DNA of 64,000 nt, from contig OZ316893.1 in the NCBI GenBank assembly GCA_973895155.1, positions 23,892,015 to 23,956,014 of the forward strand. The letters are read 5' to 3'. Numbering within the stretch: position 1 is the first letter of the stretch; the number at the start of each line of letters is the position of its first letter. Source of the DNA: Marsupella aquatica (lineage: Eukaryota > Plantae > Marchantiophyta). Below the pieces are notes generated by a model. That model was not told the DNA's origin and ran no database searches. It saw only the letters and a program-made list of their open reading frames with translations. Below, one piece after another: positions 37,316 to 51,060 of the stretch. The position numbers were made by a program, and so were the translations under genes.

Positions 37316-40309
37316 ATCTCCATATTCTTTAGCTTAGGTCCACTCAGTTCAAAAGATGAGCCACCCAGTAATTGTCAATTTTGATAATCTGCAAAACAAT
37401 GGAATGACTTCACAATTGAAAAATATTGTAGGGGAGTTGGTTCCTCAATTTAGCAATTTTTTTAGGCCAGCCTTGTAGATTTAGACCCTTCTAGAGATTC
37501 ACTACATTTTCTAAAGGCAATTCAATGATTTGCAGTCTGTACTAACCTTGACATACCTACAAATTGAAACTTAAATACAATAATTAAACTTCAAATTCAG
37601 CCCATTATTAAATAACATAACCCATACTCTTCCAACCACTTAATTAAGATCAGTGGATATCAATGTCATGAACCCCAAGTTGTGAGGATGTGCATGTGAA
37701 TATGATATGAAATCAATTAAATCAAAGGGGTGGAAAACATTTGGACCCATATACTGGTCTTTGGGTGTCCCATTGGTCAATTTCCTATCTAGTCACAGGC
37801 CCCATTATCTAGATTCTAATGATTAATCTAAAATCTAGGAAGATCTAACGCCAAAAACTAATTTCAGAAAATCAACTAAGGAATGTAGTAGCTGACATTC
37901 CCCACTCTGGAAAAATGGAAAAACCTTAAAGATTGCACTGGCAATGGTCATCACATTTGCCATGAAAATAAACACTTGTTGGATTTCAATGAAAGCTAGA
38001 GAAACAAATTACATAATAATTTGAAGTCTATTCTAGAGATCTTCACACCATATTTGTATAGTGCAAACTTTGTCTTAAAAATCTAATCAAATCTTACTAT
38101 ATTTTCACAACAACAAGTTAAGCTTAAGAGCCTATGTCTAGTCAGAGTGAAATCTCTAGAAAATAACTATGGAGTGATACATGGAGTTATGGATGAGAAT
38201 AGAAAATTGGGTTGAGGAAGGGGGTGTGAGTGGAAATGAGTGAATGGGATCAAGTGAGTCTCTGGAAATGGCATGTAAAAATTGCATGTCCTGACCTCTA
38301 TTTACTTTCAAATATATTATTGGTTGAGTGCGGGGGACTTAGTGAGTTTGGGAGCAGCAGCAAGCAGGAATAGAGCTTAATTTGCAACAGGCGTTTATGC
38401 TGCTTTCATTTGATGATGCGCACATCCTGATTTGTTGGGACCTTTAGTAGCTAAGAAGGACAAGCGGGTGTTTAATCTTGAGGCAATGCATGCGTTGTGG
38501 ATAGTGTAGATGCATGTACATGTTTAGGTTTTGAGGTCAAAGACCAACTTTTTGTTGTAGCAAAATCTTTGCATCCCATTTTCTTAGCTGCAATAATGAG
38601 CTCCGTTGATTCAAAGCCCAAATCCAGGCTTGAAATAGAACTTTCGCTTGACAGAGACAAGTGTATTTTTGCATTGAAAGTCACTTACTGTTATGCAAAA
38701 TACCTCACTATTTACATCAGACATGGGTGTGCTTTCTAGATCAAGCTTCGCATTGATCAGATGCAAACTTTTCTCTAAGATCAGCCACAATTGAACCAAC
38801 TAAAACTAAATAGATCCAATCGAGTAATTGAATTAGACAGCCCATTAGGCAGTGATTGAAGACAATAAGAAGATAGAAAAAATGAAGGGCAATATGACAA
38901 GGATCCATGATTGAAGTTGATAAAGGAAGTTGCTTCAATGATTGTATGAGAACCTTGCCATTTTAAACTAGGGGGAGTAGGAAAGCATTGATCTAGAGAT
39001 ATAGAGAATGAAGCGGTTTGGATCATTCATTCCCTAAAGCTGTTTACATGATCATAATAAACACAAGTGGGCAAAAACAATTGATCAAACACTTAATACA
39101 ATTCCAGAAACCCGTCATTTTGATCTGAATTAAATATTGCTAAAGCGAGATAAGCGAACAGGGTACATTTACTGCATATGACAAAAGAATGACCCTAAAT
39201 TCCACTCACTAGTTAAAGGGGGATTCCAAGCACACATTTACATTTGGACCATCAAGATGAATGTGATGCAAGCGGGGAAGCAAATGTTTGCTAAAGGAGG
39301 TGATCATGTGATTTTAGCATGTACAAACATTTATGAACAAAATCCTTGAAATTTCAGAGCCCATACCAAAACTTGGAGCACTGCACAAGCACGGGCATTA
39401 CTAAATGGAGCACATTCCCAATGTATAAATAAATAAATATGACCAGGGCAAAATTGACGTATGACAGTGAGGGGCACTTAGGGTGGAATGCCTGGAGAAG
39501 TATTGTCTGGGGCACAACTCTTAGCTCATATGCCCATTGAACAAACCAAGCTTAGAAGTGTGTCCAAGTTGCTTCAGCACTGGCTCATTTAAGCCTATCA
39601 GTTTGTCAATTGGGCTTAAGGCAAAAGCTTAAATAGAGATGAGAGGCCAAAACATTGAGCATCAAAGTTGGTCAATGGTTGGTGAGGGGGTGCCAGATGT
39701 CCAAAAGCATAGTTATATGAGAGAGAGAGTTGTCCTCATATGGACCTAGGGAGCCATGGGTTCCTCTGTTACAAGTGGTTCAAGTCCAAACCAGAAATAA
39801 TGATACCTTTGCAATCTAAGCTTGTTTGAGAAAATCTAAGGCTCATTGGAAAGTTGTGAATTAGACCTAGCCTTCCATGAACTCCAAATGTTCATTGGGG
39901 TAGAATGGTGCCCTGGCCTGCTATTTGGATGGGCAACTTGTAAAAATGGCTATTGCGCATGCATTGCAAGAACCAAGGATGTCACTGGGAGGTTAACTAA
40001 GTGTATAATTTGAGGTACCATGTGTGATCATGGTCTAATATAAATAGACTTATTTATAAAGACAATAATCTAAGAATATTTTTTATTTTCAATATTAATA
40101 ACTTTTTTTACTTCAAAAATATATATATTAGTGAATATTCTACAAACATGAGTTTATGATACTTTCTTTTGCCTCCTATATTTTTGAAAATTTTAGTTAA
40201 TTTCTATCAAAAATACATATCTTGGATTGCACATTGTCATGATAATTTAATTATTCATGACCACTAAGTATGTTAGTAAGTATATAGGTTATGTTGATAT
40301 TCTTTGATG

Positions 40310-40690
40310 CGCATGCAAGGTAAGCAACTATGCAAGCCACAAGATGCATGCACAAATTATTTAGATACATGTGCAAATTATTTTATTTGCATACAATAGT
40401 CATTTTATGTGCATACATGGTGAGCAAATATGCAAGGTGCATGCACAGTTTATTTTAGATGCATACAAATTATTTTATTTGCATGAATAAACTATTTTAT
40501 GCACATGCAAGATGAGCAAATATGCAAGCCATAAGGTGCATGTACTAGTTGTTTTATGCACATGCAAGCCACAAGGTGCATGCATTAGTTGTTTTATGTG
40601 CATGCAAGGTGAGAAAATATGCAAGTCACAAGGTGCACGCATACACAAATTATTTAGGGTGCATGTATTAGTTATTTTACTTGCATGCAT
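40310..40690. repeat. Degenerate tandem array (TATGCAAGCCACAAGGTGCATGCA...TTATTT) inside the TIR element
   Basis: About five imperfect units rich in TGCA/CATG. Confidence 0.7.
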
Positions 40691-41410
40691 CATTTATTTT
40701 GATTGCAATAATACTTGCACACATTCATATGTTAGATGTGTGCCACTTGGCTTTCATTCAAGCATTTGGGCATAATTTATGCCCTATTGGATTCAGTATA
40801 AATAAAATGGTGAAAGATACTCTTTTTCTCATTATTATATTCTGATAATTTTTGCATTCAAGCGATCTTTTTTTTATCTCTCATTTTTTTTCTATTCTTT
40901 GCCTTATGTATACTGTAGTGGAGCATCCTTTGGGCCGGATAGCAAAAGAATGATTGATAATCTTATATTTAGAACCTTAGGAAACAAGATCTTTTTAGAA
41001 ACTTAGAGGTGGGGCATCTTTTGGCCTGGATAGCAAAAGAACTTAGAGCTATCATGAATCCAAGAGCAAGAGATATCTCTAATCTTCCCCTTTGTAATCT
41101 ATTTTTGATTAGAGTCCATCTTTTAGACAAATCATCCATGAGACAATATTTAATCTATCATTTTAGAGCTCAATTTTCAGCTACTATTATGGGTCTAACG
41201 CCCCAATAGTATACCCAATAGTGTCTTACCGAGAAGAGTGAGAGTGCATTATCTTTGTCCTCTATTAAAGTCATGGATCTAAATGGAGTCTAGAGGACAT
41301 TATTTTCTATTTAATTTTCTCTTGGAGATATTAGGATCATGGGTCATAGAAAAATTAATTTCCGAGAGGTGTTGGTCTACAAGTACGATGAAATAGGGTT
41401 TAATAGTATA

Positions 41411-41755
41411 TGTTGAGCATAGACGACAATCACAACGGCAAGCTCATGAACCATCCAACGCACAAGAGTCAACTCAGAGAGATACGTGGTTCACCTCCAC
41501 ATGAGGCTACGTCCACGGGAACACACACGAGCTTTACTGCACTCTAGGCCGACCGGCCATACCAAGCATCCACAGCGCAAGTTCTCTCTATCTCTCAACT
41601 AGCTTCGTAACAATGAACCTAAGTTCCCACTCTCCAAGCAAACACCGCTTGGTTATAGAGTGTGCACAGCATGACTAACCTAACCAAGTCTGCGACTAAA
41701 GTTAGCCTTAATTATGGTACAATCGTAACTCTAGACCTAAAAGTAAATCCTAACA
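41411..41755 (-). mobile_element. Copia-type solo LTR (345 bp)
   Basis: TGTTGAG...CCTAACA termini; flanks GTATA/ATATA (5 bp TSD, one mismatch). The - strand carries CCCGTGGACGTAGCC...GAACCACGTA, a motif typical of plant Copia LTRs. Confidence 0.75.
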
Positions 41756-42794
41756 ATATATTAGTTTCACTTGAACCTTTTTTAATACATATTATCTTTA
41801 TTTATTAGAGTTATCATTTTGGTTTTAGTGTACGTATAATTTATGGGCATGCAAGATTAACTTCATAAGAGCCAACATGCTCGTACCAAAAAACACAGTT
41901 GACCACCGAGAACGTGGTTTCTAAGATTTTTATAGTCAACCCCCCAAAGAATGCCATGACTTTGTAGCCTGGTTTGCTTTACCAAGGTGGACAAGGAACA
42001 TGGCTTGGGTTAGAAGCCCAATGAGATCATGAGGGGTCTTAGTGCATTTTGCAAATTGTAGCGTTGGGGAGTTGACGTAGCTTTGGCGTTTGAGGACAGG
42101 CTATACGTCTAGGGCTAGTAAGCATGTCCAGGAGGTAGGGGCGGTCAACCAGTGACAAATAGAAAGTGAGAAAGACAGGGCATGCCCAATTTTGTTGCTC
42201 AAAATGGGCAATAGACATCAACCCTTTGTTTCTACTTATGACAAGACTCTATCAGTCTACGAGGTTCTATTGAGCAATTTACAAACAACTATTGAACTTG
42301 AAACAAAACCCAGTTGTCCCTTGATACCTTGAATGGAGTGTTTACATTGGGAATCTCTATGTGTGTGCAGGTCATTGCTGAGACAACTAGTGGAATTTGT
42401 GACTATCAAGCTTGGTGGAATAGGTGTGATTACATATGGGGTTGTCAAGGGAGGTGAAGGAGATAACTAGACTTAATTTATTCAAGTTTTTGTGTTGATG
42501 TAGGGTTGTGCCATGTCCATGTCAGGGAAGAGAGCTTGACTCGTCCAAGAGCTCACCCCCTTCAAATCCTGGACAACAAACAACATTAGTTATGAAGAAA
42601 GTTACAACAACCATGCAACATTGAGTGACAATCCAAACATTGGTTGAGGAAATTGTTGTGTAAAGTTATGATTAAGTGGACTCTCTGGTCATCTCTAGGA
42701 CATGGGTTCCACTTTATGAGCAACTTCCTATTGTAAGATCAAACCTTTTTATGCATACTAGCCCAATGCATGTGCGTTACACAAAACACGTTGA

Positions 42795-43050
42795 GGTGAC
42801 AAAAGATGTCAATGAGAAAAAGAGATGTCAAGGTGAGGAAAAGAAATCAAGATGATAAAAAGTTGTCAAGGATAGAAAAGATTGCAAGGAAGAAAGGGTG
42901 TAAAGATGTCGAGGGTGAGAAAAAGATGTTGTGGTGAGATGAAAATGTCAACTGGAGGTGAGACAAAGGTAAGATATCAAGGTGAAAAGAGATGTTGATG
43001 AGGAGAAAGAGATGTTGAGGTCAGGAAAAGAAGTCCAGGTGAGAAAAAGG
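42795..43050. repeat. Degenerate minisatellite (TCAAGGTGAGAAAAAGATG-like), reverse complement of the 13.6-13.9 kb array
   Basis: Repeated GAGAAAAAGATGT(C/T)(A/G)AG units. Confidence 0.7.
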
Positions 43051-44324
43051 TGCCAACGAGAGACCCTATCAAAGACAATTTCTCATATTCTCACTCATCT
43101 CCAAACTATGAGAATATGAGAAAATTCATGAGTTTTCTCACTTATCTAACTTTTTCACTTCATATTATTATAACCAAGTTGTACTTTGTTAGCTATTCTA
43201 TTTTTGTTTATATTTGTACCCAAGAAAAATTGAAGGATGCAAAAAAGTGTATAGAATAGACTCTCACAATTTTATATGAATTGTTCTTAATTTATTCTTT
43301 GCATCCAAAAGGGAATTATGGGTAGGAAGTAGTCAAGGTCCAAAACAATTGTCATGAAACGAGTGTAGGTGGTGTGCAAGGAGTGCAGGGAGGTGATGTA
43401 TCCTCACCATTGAGACAAAAGAACTGTACCGGGCACACATGTGCGGAGGAGGGACAAGCCACGCACTGTACCCTACAGTCCAAGCGAGCCAGGTGTGGCC
43501 TGTACTTGCCTTGGCCTTGCGAGGAGAGGATCTGTCCTCGCCACCCAGGCCCAGGTTGACCTTCACGGGTAAAGCAGGGGTCAGGACCCTGTCACTTGTC
43601 ACTCCGGACACCTGATCATCCCGACCGCCCGGTCCCGACCCTGCCCTGACCCAACCCCATCCTCGTCCCGCCAGTTTGTATGATAGATTTTGTTGGTTAC
43701 ATGTCAAGGTTATTTGTGTGTTGGAGCTAATGTCATTTCTAGATACAGCTTTTACTAACCTGTCCACAAAACTATCCAATGGTGCTCTCCCTCCCCCTTA
43801 GATGGCTTACCTATTAGACGTACCTAGCGCATGAAGGCAATGCAAATCCATATTACTAAGGTGTCTCCCAAATAAAATTATTATCAACTTCTATAAGGGT
43901 TTCCACATGGCAGGTTGTTACGGGCTAGCCTTAACCCGCTGTGACCCCCCTTGGTCCCCCTTCCCCTTCCCCTTCCTTACTGCATTTTCCTGAATAAAAC
44001 TGAGGCCAAAAGTGTGGGACCTTTGTGATGGGAGTGCAGAGCAAAAATGACATGTTTTGCCCCTCCAGGACCTGAGATTGTGCCATGCAATGGGGAAGGG
44101 GCTGAGGGGGGTCACATTGGGATAAGGCTAGCCACTGGCTGCTTGCTACATGAGAATGAGAACCTCTATACAAGTAAAAACTAAATTAAATACAAAATGT
44201 GGGGTTGATAATTAGTTAAAACTAAATTAAATACAAAATAGGGTGTTGTTAATTAAATTTGATTGCGCAACACTTTAGTAGTTGGATGGTTAGGAAAACA
44301 AGTTAGTGAAGAACTGTTTCTAAA

Positions 44325-44770
44325 TAAGACCCATACCTATCATAGATAGATTTTAGATGGCAACGAGGTTTTTCATGTGTTGCTTGTGTCATTCTTAATA
44401 AGACCCAGCAGTTTGTATGACAGATTTAACTCGCAAGAAGATTTCTCGGTGTCATTTCTAAATAACACCCATCAGTTCGCATGATAGATTTGGCTCGCAA
44501 CAAGATTTTTCGTGCTAGTCTTTTCGTTTCTTGCCAGCCATGATGATTAGGTCTATCGATAAGTCATGGTTATGCAAAAGTGGGACCAAACCGGTCCAGA
44601 GCGTAGCGGTGGGCTAGTTTCCGTTAGAAATTTAGAATGGCAAACTATAGATGTCTAGTGTTAAATTTAGGTTAGAAATTTAGAATGGCAAACTATACAT
44701 GTCTAGTGCTAGAAGGCTTTTCATTATGGCATGCTCATCCAGAACATGATCGAGTTTTTGTCTTGTAGTG
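44325..44770. mobile_element. Possible right end of a CACTA (En/Spm) relic
   Basis: TTTTTGTCTTGTAGTG ending at 44770 (CACTACAAGACAAAAA on -), preceded by ~65 bp and ~50 bp imperfect subterminal repeats. The partner TIR was not found. Confidence 0.4.
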
Positions 44771-45955
44771 ATTCATATGGTTTATAACTTATTTGAATAG
44801 TTCTTCGTCAGCTGGCTCTGTGGTAAAATCCAACGAAGATGCTGGTTATCACAGGTTTATAAACAACAGAATTATACGAGATCATATATCTGAAGATCAA
44901 CTAAATCTAGCATTATGGTGTACTTGGAAGGTCTGGTCGATGACTCACTCCCTGGAAAGAAATTCCCTGGAAAACTCGATAAACTGACATAACGGACAAG
45001 CCACGTGAAATCAAGTGCCTGCAAATGAGAGCAGGCCAAACAATCAAACAAATCCAGTCAACTGTTGCACTGCCTGGTCGTGTTGAAGCAAGGTCCACCC
45101 CTCGAAAACCCTCAAAAGGATCCAACTGTTCACCTCATGGTAGATGCAATCGTTATGAATTTACAAATGAGTGGTCGTCGTGTCTGTGCTCGTGTAGGAG
45201 ATTTCAATTCCATGTACTTTAATCTTAAATATAAACTACCCCAACACACGAAAACCAGTGAACAAATTCAGAGACAATGCAGAACAGTCACCCAGGGCGG
45301 TATTGTTCTCTGCCTAGGACATAAGCGTTATGGGACTTCCGGGGCTACAGAACATTACGGCAGCATTTGACGAGGGAGCTTACACGACAAAGAATTGATT
45401 CACTTTCATACCAACAATTGATACAACAGACTTAGATGTGTCCGAACGGTCAATTAGCAAGATCCAATTATGAAAAAGGTCCGCCCCATTCATTGCTGTT
45501 GGGGAAAACACAATACATCGAACAACTACTGCCTGTGTTCATACATAACTTACCTCTTGTCACTGAGTCTCTGAGGTTTGGAACATGTATAGGAAAAAGA
45601 GCCTCCCTAAAATCTGCCGGCAGCCAATATTAATACTACAAGGCACTACAACCTAGCATTATTGCAACTCGTTGTCAGCCAGGGTTTATATTTTGCCATC
45701 CATTATGAAGCAACCTAAGAGGTGATGATTTGCCTGACCTCTGGAATGTATAATTCTACGAAAGAAAACGGGATGGGAATTTTTTTCTAGTTGATGATTG
45801 AGAAGGAAAGCCTTCCCTAACCTAAGCCTAACGTGTCGTCCTGCCTGGCTGGAATTGCAAGCTCCTAAAGCATTGAAAAAATTGCTTGAAGTTTTAATAA
45901 ACAAGAAGCCAGCTACTCCGGCGGTGGGTGGGTCGGGTCATGTCTCAGAAGTCCT

Positions 45956-48900
45956 TTATGTTGGAGGGAAGTATCTGTGCAAGACGTACGGAAGCTTATA
46001 AAACTCTTCATTTCTCGAGTCCTTAGGGAACTCGTGGAATCTCTCAAACCAATGCATACCCCGATCCTTTGGTGTGATTTGCTTTGATCTCATCGAATTG
46101 TCGAGGATAGACGCAATAATGAGGGCCACGACAGCTCCAGACAAAAAGAACGTGTTGACGATATCATTGAACTGTCACATCCATATCGAGGGCAAGGTTG
46201 TCAAAAAACAGTCCGAAGACCAAGATACAAGACCCATAGATGGAACCAGTCGTGAGAACTTGCACTACTAAGAGGACTAAAGGTGTCCAACTTATGAGAT
46301 TAAAAAAGAAGGAATAAGGCTCACCCAATGTGCTTTCGTGTGGGTAGGATAATAACCAGCGCTTCCCCTATACTGCACGAAGTAGAAAGGTACTGAGAAA
46401 CCCATGTAGATGGCAAAGCCTATAATAAAGAGATTTCGGGTTTTGTTCATGTTGGTGAAGTGAAGCGATGATATACCCACGGCAGCTGCCCCCACAAAAG
46501 CCCAATTCCACAAAATCAGCTGGGATTACCCGGGCCGGTTGTTTCATCAGATGAATATAAGATCGCTTTCAGTACGCTGAAAACCATAAGCTCAACAACA
46601 CGGCAATGGGTCAAAAGTAACAACCTCGTAATCCCTGGAGCTTTACTATTATTATAGATGATATACAGTCCGAGTAGGAACGACTCGCACTTAAACACAC
46701 AGATTCCACGAACACGCAAGCACCCAAACGAAACTAGTCCAAGACTTACCCACGATCCCCAACAGAATGCACAAAAATCCACCAAAGATGGAAACCGGAA
46801 TAGATGCAAAGAATCCTCCAAACTTTCCTGTCACAGAGTCAAGACAAATCCGAGCATAAGTGAATTTCGCAAACGAGATCACCTGCTGATTGTTGAACCT
46901 ATACAGAGAAGAAATTCAGAAACATACCAAAGAACTTCCAATGAGGCCAATATTTTCACTCTCGTTATTCCAATGAGGCCAATATTTTCAGAAACATACC
47001 AGAAACATACCAAATACAAGTAAGAAATTCAGAAACATACCAAAGAGCGAGAAGAAAGCCATCCATGCTGCTGCTATTTGAATAACCCGGCGACTTCCCA
47101 CTCTCGTGATTCCAATGAGGCCAATATTTTCACTGCACACGACACATATCTAAATACTATTGTACAAGGTGACCTGCCGTCGAAAATGACAGCAAAATCT
47201 AAATCTACACCCAACATCAAGACTATTCAGAAGTACATCAGGGCTCACTCCTTACATAGATACAGAGACTCCAGATGCTGTGCCATACACTCCGGCCAAC
47301 AAAACTCCAACGCCCTGAATCCAGAAACAGTGGCAGAGCGTAAGATGAGACAAATAAGACACTAGGGACGAGCATATCATGTTCATGACCAGGTCCAACT
47401 ACTCCTGGAAATATACTTCCCTAAGTGCATGTATTGACAAACGGACTCCAGAACCCCTACAAACGTAATCCCTCTGTGACACATGAGCAGCGTGAAGATG
47501 TTACCCCCCAGCCGATTCCTCGAGATATGACATATGGGGGCGGAGGAGTAGCTCCAGATAGACGGTATGCAGCGTAGAATCCTCCTGTTGACTGCCACAA
47601 TCACGAATGCATTTAAAAAGAGTGCTGCATATTCTCGTCTGCAAGGAACATATTCAAATTCTGTCCCACTATCAACTCAGAATGGAAAATTGGACTCATG
47701 CGTAGTAGAGAAGATCACAACTAACCTCAACCACTGCGACGAGCACGGCAGACATCATCCCGAAAGCATTCCCTGCATCGAACGTTGGTGCTCCCCATTC
47801 GAGAGGATAAGCAAATCTCACCCTGTAGGAATCCAAGACATTTGACATTCATCTCCAGCTTTCTTTGACGGCATGGTCCAAACCACAACGTACAGGCGTA
47901 TGGCATGCTACTGTACAGGAAGACGATCATTGAACATCTGTTCTGAAGTCAAATTTCTTACCATGGAGCAGGTCCAATAGCATCAGCTCGGTCAGTACGG
48001 CAATTCCTTTGTCCGTTACTACTAGCACGATTGTAGGCACCGCTCACGGTGAGAATGTAGCTGTATCCCCAAATAATAGCCAGAGTAAGTAGGATCGGAA
48101 ATAGCTCGAAAATATGGAAGTGCCTCCTAATTTTGACACGCAGGTGCCACAAGTACTGCGTTCACGCAAGAGAAAACGCCACCACAGGAGTATCAATACA
48201 GTGCACATCAGGTATCGAATGGGCTTATTGCATCCAAACGAAAACGAAAAATTCCGCATGCAATTCAATTTGGAAAAAAGCAAGAGGCTTCCATTTCCAG
48301 CGAACCTCATATATTCGTTTCTAAGACTGCACAGGGAAATAGTTAACGTATTATTCACCTGTGAGAAGACGAGAGCAAAGACGATCGTCGGAAGACCAAT
48401 CTCTACACATTTAGCCACCTGCAATCAATAACGGCAGTCATTTAGTTACGACCAAAAACTGGGTTCGGATGAGTAGCATACTGCAGATTGGGCACCACTA
48501 GGAGTACTCCAGACTCCCACAACTGTAATTGACCAGGATACGGACACTGCAGTTCGTTCGACACTCACCCAAAACAAACATGTAGACTTGAAGCCCTGAT
48601 GAAAACCAACCCTGACGACCGCAAACTGTCTGTAAGACGACACGACCAATCATACCAAACGCACAATTGGAAAGCTTACCACGGGGAATCCGTATGGGTA
48701 CAATCCGAGGGCGGTCAATACGACTAACGGTGCAATAGCGATTGGACTTAAAAATCTGCAGCGGCAACACACCTGTATGAGATCAGAGATGTACCAAGTA
48801 TGACAACACCTACTCCCTCTCCTGGACTACCAACCAATTAGTGATGAGATCTAATTCCGAAATTCCCAAGGCACCGGAGTGTTCGTCCTCACCTTGTGAA

Positions 48901-51060
48901 TATCCCCCAGACTCCACTGAATCCCAGCACGATCTGAATACTCGATGCCGCAATCAGAGCTCCTTGGATAGCGCGCATTGTATGTTTGAATCTCTGCAAA
49001 GAACAAAGGACAAGGCGAACACTCTTTGAGCAATTAGGGAACCTCAGGACCGATGGTAGTTCTCAGATGAGGATCCTTTTGCAAATCATTCGCCCCAATG
49101 CGACGGTAACTCTCTTCCTTTCAGCACTACCTGCAGGGAATACGAAATTGAACAGGACACAGCGAGGGCGGTGAACGTACCTCGTGAGGATCGGCGATGG
49201 TTTGCACCGCTGAGGAGTTAATAATGGTCAAAATCGGCACAAGGTATGAGAATGAAACGCTCATAATAACAGGAAGTCGGCTGCCGAGGGTGGTCTGAAT
49301 GAATGTGTTCAATGCCGACACGAACAGAATCGTCTCTAACACCCTTGCTTTGTCGTGCTGAACATCATGCACACACTATTATTAGCTCCTCATAACGGAT
49401 AGGCACGTTGAGATTCCTCGACACTGCGTACAGTAATGGATGTCCTGAACTCGACATGGGCTGGCGCACAAAACAGACAACCTAGATTTCAACAAGAACA
49501 GTCCTGTAGATTTCAACCCAGACAACATTTACCATCGAGGAACACAGACGGGGGGAACGGGGATCACTCCCACGCTTCCAAAATCTGCATTCCACTGCAC
49601 GTCGGGAAACACCCAACCCCCCGTAGCGAGGTAAAGGAGATCCTAAGTTTAGGGTCTCCTTCAGGTAAGCTAAATCACAGATCGTGGAGTGAAAGCTTAC
49701 GTCATCTCCTCCCATCGCTCTCACAATAATGTTGGTGAAGAGAACGATCGTCCCCAGGTTGACGATGTAATGCTGGAAACCAAGAATGACGGCCTCAGCT
49801 GCAAAATGTTAAGGAACCGTCTGTCAGAAACATTGACCGGCTGCTCACAATGCTGGCCTAGAAGTTCAATCCAAGTAACCACAATCCAGGGGGATAGCTC
49901 TAGATTCTAGAGACAGACACTTCAATCTCCAGAACTCTCCGATGAAGCTCCTGTGTCACTTCCGACCAAGCTTACTGGGAATGAGGGTAAATGGCAGCAA
50001 GAACCCAAAGTCATAGACAGGGAAGCTCACGAGATCCTCAGCGCAGAGCAAGAGGCAGTCATTCTTTAAGAGTCCGAACAGATACGTAGTGTCGATTTCA
50101 GCGATTCAGGTCGAGCTCTTTGCTTTCGATGCAACTACCTTGAGTACAGAAAGGACTTTCGACGGTTCAAAGGCTCTACTCCACAAGATGAGCCTGTGGC
50201 CAGGTACCGAAATCTAGACATGCATCGTCACATAATACCACTTCGGTAGACTGGGCTACACAGGGAGCTCAGAAACCCCGTAAGCCGATTTGGGCATACG
50301 TTCTACTTCCCACGGCAAGTACGAACAATCGGTCAAGGCTCCGAAGAAGAGCTACGGGATTGATATTGGTTAGTTTCAATCAAGGTGGGTCCACTGAAGA
50401 TTTCAGGAGACATTGGTGAAATGGTCAATGCGAAGTTTCGTGTTGTATGCAAACCGCTGAATGTGTCACTCTGTACAATGGAATGTGTACCCCATGAGTG
50501 AGGCGGGTCCGACCGTCTAATCAGGAACCGTCAAAGACAAGTCGATAAGCAAAGCTCCTCTGAGCATAAATCAAGCCTTCCCACCACATGCAGGAACTCG
50601 CTCTGTCACACCAACTTGTGATGTAGATGGCAACAATCTCCGTTAGGACCTATTCACCAACAATCATCAGTGAACATCCAACTCACTTTGGAGGGGTTTG
50701 TGTTGGGATTACTAGCTGAGCAAAAGACTGCTCCAGAGATCCGGTCCAGGACATCCGACATTCGGTGTCCTAGACAGATGGCCGATCCGAGTCCTCCGAA
50801 TCGAAAGGTCAGCTCTATCCAGTTCGACATTCAAAACAGGGCGACCAATTATCTCGAGAATTATCTACAAGCTTGACGAACAAACAAGACACTTCGAACA
50901 CCTCCAGATCCGCACTAACCCCCACACAAGAACCTGAGACTGGGACAAAGGGCAGAATCGTACGCCAGACGGGATTATCGTTAATGCAGTATCGAAGCCC
51001 GGGCATCTGCTCTTGGACATCATGATACAGCGGTATCGGCGCTTCCTTCGCCGCCGCCAT
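45956..51060 (-). CDS. NAT: Nucleobase-ascorbate transporter (NAT/NCS2), paralog B; 14 coding exons: 51060-50964, 49798-49701, 49357-49181, 48993-48893, 48755-48680, 48418-48359, 48155-47962, 47822-47726, 47591-47505, 47314-47256, 47132-47041, 46827-46750, 46485-46325, 46171-45956
   Basis: MAAAKEAPIPLYHDVQEQMPGLRYCINDNPVW; GFQHY; GSRLPVI; VAKCVEIGLP; NAT signature ENIGLIGITRVGSRRV; DRGMHWF..DSRNEEFYKLP..FPPT. Internal exon sizes match paralog A (98, 177, 101, 76, 97, 87, 59, 92). Confidence 0.95.

Larger units (their letters stand above)
39985..41947. mobile_element. Non-autonomous TIR element (Mutator-like), ~1.96 kb including a nested solo LTR
   Basis: Inverted ends CTGGGAGGTTAACTA / TAGTCAACCCCCCAA; imperfect 9 bp TSD AGGATGTCA (39976-39984) / AGAATGCCA (41948-41956). 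Both ends match the 14513-14781 copy. The superfamily is inferred from TSD length only. Confidence 0.7.
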
